Shown: positions 61,220 to 64,000 of the stretch, piece by piece
Layout: each line of letters starts with the position of its first letter
Position numbering within the stretch: the first letter of the stretch is position 1
Assembly: GCF_030028105.1 (NCBI RefSeq)
Contig: NC_092386.1
Coordinates: forward strand, 17,291,258 to 17,355,257
Source: Mobula birostris
Taxonomy: Eukaryota
Reading direction: 5' to 3'
DNA length: 64,000 nt
The notes under the pieces: generated by a model
What the model was told of the DNA's origin: nothing
What the model saw: only the letters and a program-made list of their open reading frames with translations
Database searches by the model: none
Program-made: the position numbers and the translations under genes

Positions 61220-61950
61220 TGCTGTGTTTGAGACAAATGGAGGAGATCTTAAAAGGTTTTTTGCATCTGCATTCACCCAGATGCTGGACACAGAATCCAC
61301 AGAAGTGAGGCAAAATAGCAGTGAGGTGATGGGCTGCTTACAGATTACAGTGGAGAGGGGATTTGTGCCAGGGCCTGAGAAAGTGTTCCCTTGAATCCTA
61401 TGGAGGTTAGTGCAGAAATTGAAGGGGGCCGAGCAGAAATACTTAAAATATCCTTGGCTGTGGGTGGGGTGCCAGAGGATTGGAGGATAACTAACGTTGT
61501 TTTGTTGTTTAAGAAAACCTCTGAGAATATGAGCAATTATAGGCCCATGAGCCTGACACCAGTATTGGGTAAGTTATTGGAAGGTATTCTAAAAGGGATG
61601 GGATATATAAGTATATGGATAGATGGGGACTGTATAGGAATAGTGAACATGGCTTTGTGCATGATGGCTAACCAATCTTAAGAGTTTTTCAAGGAAGTTG
61701 ACTGGAAAGTTGATGAAGGCAAGGTGATGGAAATTTCTTCACTCAGGGTGTGGAACTAGCTGCCAGAGGAAGTGATGTATGCAGGTTTGATTTCAAGAGA
61801 GATTTGGATGGGTACATGGATGGGAGGGTTATGGAGGGCTATGGTCCAGGTGCTGGTTGGTGGGACTGGGCAGGTATATAGATTGGCACGGGCTAGATGG
61901 GCAGAAGGGCCTGTTTCTGTGCTGTAGTGTTCTGTGACTCCACGATTCTA
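61220..61950 (+). mobile_element. Internally deleted CR1
   Basis: VPEDWRITNVVLLFKK..NYRPMSLTPVLGKLLE joined to a CR1 3'UTR. Confidence 0.8.
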
Positions 61951-61974
61951 TGACTTCCCATTACTGAAACCAAT

Positions 61975-63945
61975 TGTCCATGTGTGTGCCTGAAGATGCG
62001 TTGTTTTGAAAGAAACGTGCCAGGCTAACGACTGTCACCTGCACATGTATTGTCCTAGTTAAGATTTCTACAGCTATGCTGTGAGGTATTTTATTTCAGT
62101 AGTTTTCTGTTAAAGCAGTGTGTCCTGTTGGAAAGAGTGTGTTGGCTTCGGCTGAAGATAAGGAGCCATGTTGTCCAACTTGGGAATGTGTGTCTACCAA
62201 TCAGGATTGTGGGATGTGAGAGAAGGTTCGAGAGAGCTGTGGGGAAGAGTTTTCGGGAAAACAGTGGTCTGGTTTGGGGTCTTTTGGTTGGAGCTGCGGA
62301 GCAGGGCACAAGGGAAGGTGCAGCAGAATGCCATTGGAAAGACAGTCCCCATTGCAAGAAGTGCTTTGTACAGATGAGTACCTTCAAGGAGTGAGGGCCA
62401 GTACTCCTGAGAGAGCCAGTTCATTCGAGAGGGTCTTCGAGGGGAGTTTGGAATGTGGCATGTGCTTTCACACAGACAGTGGGTCCAGCACATGAGTAAA
62501 GACTCCCTGACTACTCCAAATGAGCTCCAGTGTTGTGTGCACATTGGACTGGTTTAGCTATAATGGGTGCTTTTATTTTTCTTTTCTTTTTCTGTAACTC
62601 TCTGTATCAATATTGCTCAATATCATCATCATCATCGGGTGCTGTGCCCAGTTTGAGCTTTGACTGCCATGGCCCACACGCTCCTGTTTTGGGTCAAATG
62701 GATCAGTTCATTGGTATTCATTTCCAGTTCTCTGGCTGCTGTCTCCATCATCATTTGTCTTTGTCTTCCTCTTGCTTTCTTCCCTTCAATCTTTCCCATA
62801 ATTACCATGCATTCTAACCCCTCTTTCCTAATCACATGTGCAATGATGTTATATTGCCTTTTCATGATCTCATACATTATTCCTCTTTTTCTGTTTGCTC
62901 TGTTCATGACATCCTTGTTAGATATTCATTTTGTCCATGATATTCCTTGCATCCTCTTCAAAAACCATATCTCTGCTGCTACAATTCGTTTCCTCGTGTT
63001 ACTAGATATTGTCCAACATTCTGAGCCATATAACATAACTGGATAAACGTAACATTTCAGTACTCTGAGGTGGGTTGTCATGCCTAGTTTACTCTTCATT
63101 CTCATAAAGGTGTCTTTTGCCATCCCTATTCTTCTTTTGATGTCCATGTCGCATCTGCCATCTGATGTCACCCAGCTTCCTAAGGAGCAAAAGTTCTGTA
63201 CTTGTTTTATGTCTTCCCCATTTATTCTCAGCCTGCAAATAGATTCTCCTTCTTTTTGGATATCACCATACATTCTGTCTTTTTGCAATTGATAGATAGA
63301 CTCATTTTTGCACTTTCTTCAACAGCTATATCAATTAAGTTTTGTAGTTCTTCCTCCTTGCTTGCAATTAACAGTGTCATCTGCATATCTGAAATTATTG
63401 ATGTTTTCACCACCAACTTTGATTCCCAAGATGTCTCTTATTTTTTGTAATATTGTTTCACTGTACACAATAAATAAATCAGGGGAGCAAACACACCCTT
63501 GTCTAACGCCTCTCTTGATTTTCGTAAACTGACTCACTTCTCCATCTATTCTTACAGCGGCAGTTTGTTCCCAGTACAGATTCCTGATTAGGTGGAGGTC
63601 CTTCAAATCTAGTTTTGAATTTTCTGTAATATTTCAAATAACTTATTGTGCTTCACTTTATCAAATGCTTTTGTGTAGTTGATAAAACAAATATACTTGC
63701 TCAATATACTTCCTTTATAACTCTATGCTGGTGTGCAATCTGTCATTTTGGGCTACAGGTAACAGTGCATTTACACAGCATTCGCTACAACCTCTGGTCC
63801 GTAATTGGGACATCCTAACTTTCCTGTTTGGTTGAACCCCAAATCATACCAGCTCTAGACGTATATTGTATATGAAAGGTGGCCTTCTCACTGCTGAGTC
63901 ACATGACCATTAGCAGAGTTGGCTAACGAGCCAAGTTGCTGTACA
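61975..63945. mobile_element. Possible solo LTR hosting the RTE insertion
   Basis: Non-coding and LTR-like in composition, continuous across the RTE TSD; termini not established. Confidence 0.35.
62624..63696 (-). mobile_element. RTE-clade LINE, 5'-truncated
   Basis: GVRQGCVCSPDLF, RYADDT, PVMLYGSECWT, GKIEGKKARGRQR; (TGA)n tail; 11-bp TSD TTGCTCAATAT (62613-23, 63697-707). Confidence 0.92.
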
Positions 63946-64000
63946 AGCCCTGGTGAGAGGTTTGCACTGACTTGAACATTTCCTTATTAGATTTCCAATA

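Noticed and set aside
1-64000. CRISPR arrays, operons, rRNA or other prokaryotic systems
   Set aside because: Eukaryotic intron/intergenic DNA; no regularly spaced repeat-spacer array or rRNA sequence seen.

Overview
Vertebrate genomic DNA; the repeat families (Rex1/Babar, CR1, V-SINE, Neptune-type Penelope) suggest an elasmobranch, probably a ray (inference). The only host gene I can support is the 5' end of CHD1 on the minus strand. It comprises a CpG-island promoter (~7.8-8.76 kb), a non-coding exon 1 (donor at 8223) and an exon 2 (7269-7079) with the 53-nt first coding segment MEGHGDEDSVSNSSGDS; the next exon lies outside the window. The ~55 kb upstream is a transposon-dense gene desert, and nearly all long ORFs in the ORF track are decayed retroelement ORFs. 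The most interesting signal is RNA-catalytic. (1) A 472-bp, TSD-flanked, non-coding retroelement (38698-39169) begins exactly at G1 of a complete HDV-like self-cleaving ribozyme fold and ends in an RTE-type (GAA)n tail. (2) About 17 copies of a minimal hammerhead ribozyme sit in Penelope terminal repeats and short fold-back derivatives; two have intact cores. (3) A second, distinct hammerhead family was hit by a Penelope insertion right at the scissile position. There is also a CpG-retaining domain 25-35 kb upstream of CHD1 with an orphan housekeeping-type promoter motif cluster, a candidate for a CHASERR-like upstream lncRNA. Everything was read by eye with no searches run. Repeat boundaries without a stated TSD are approximate.
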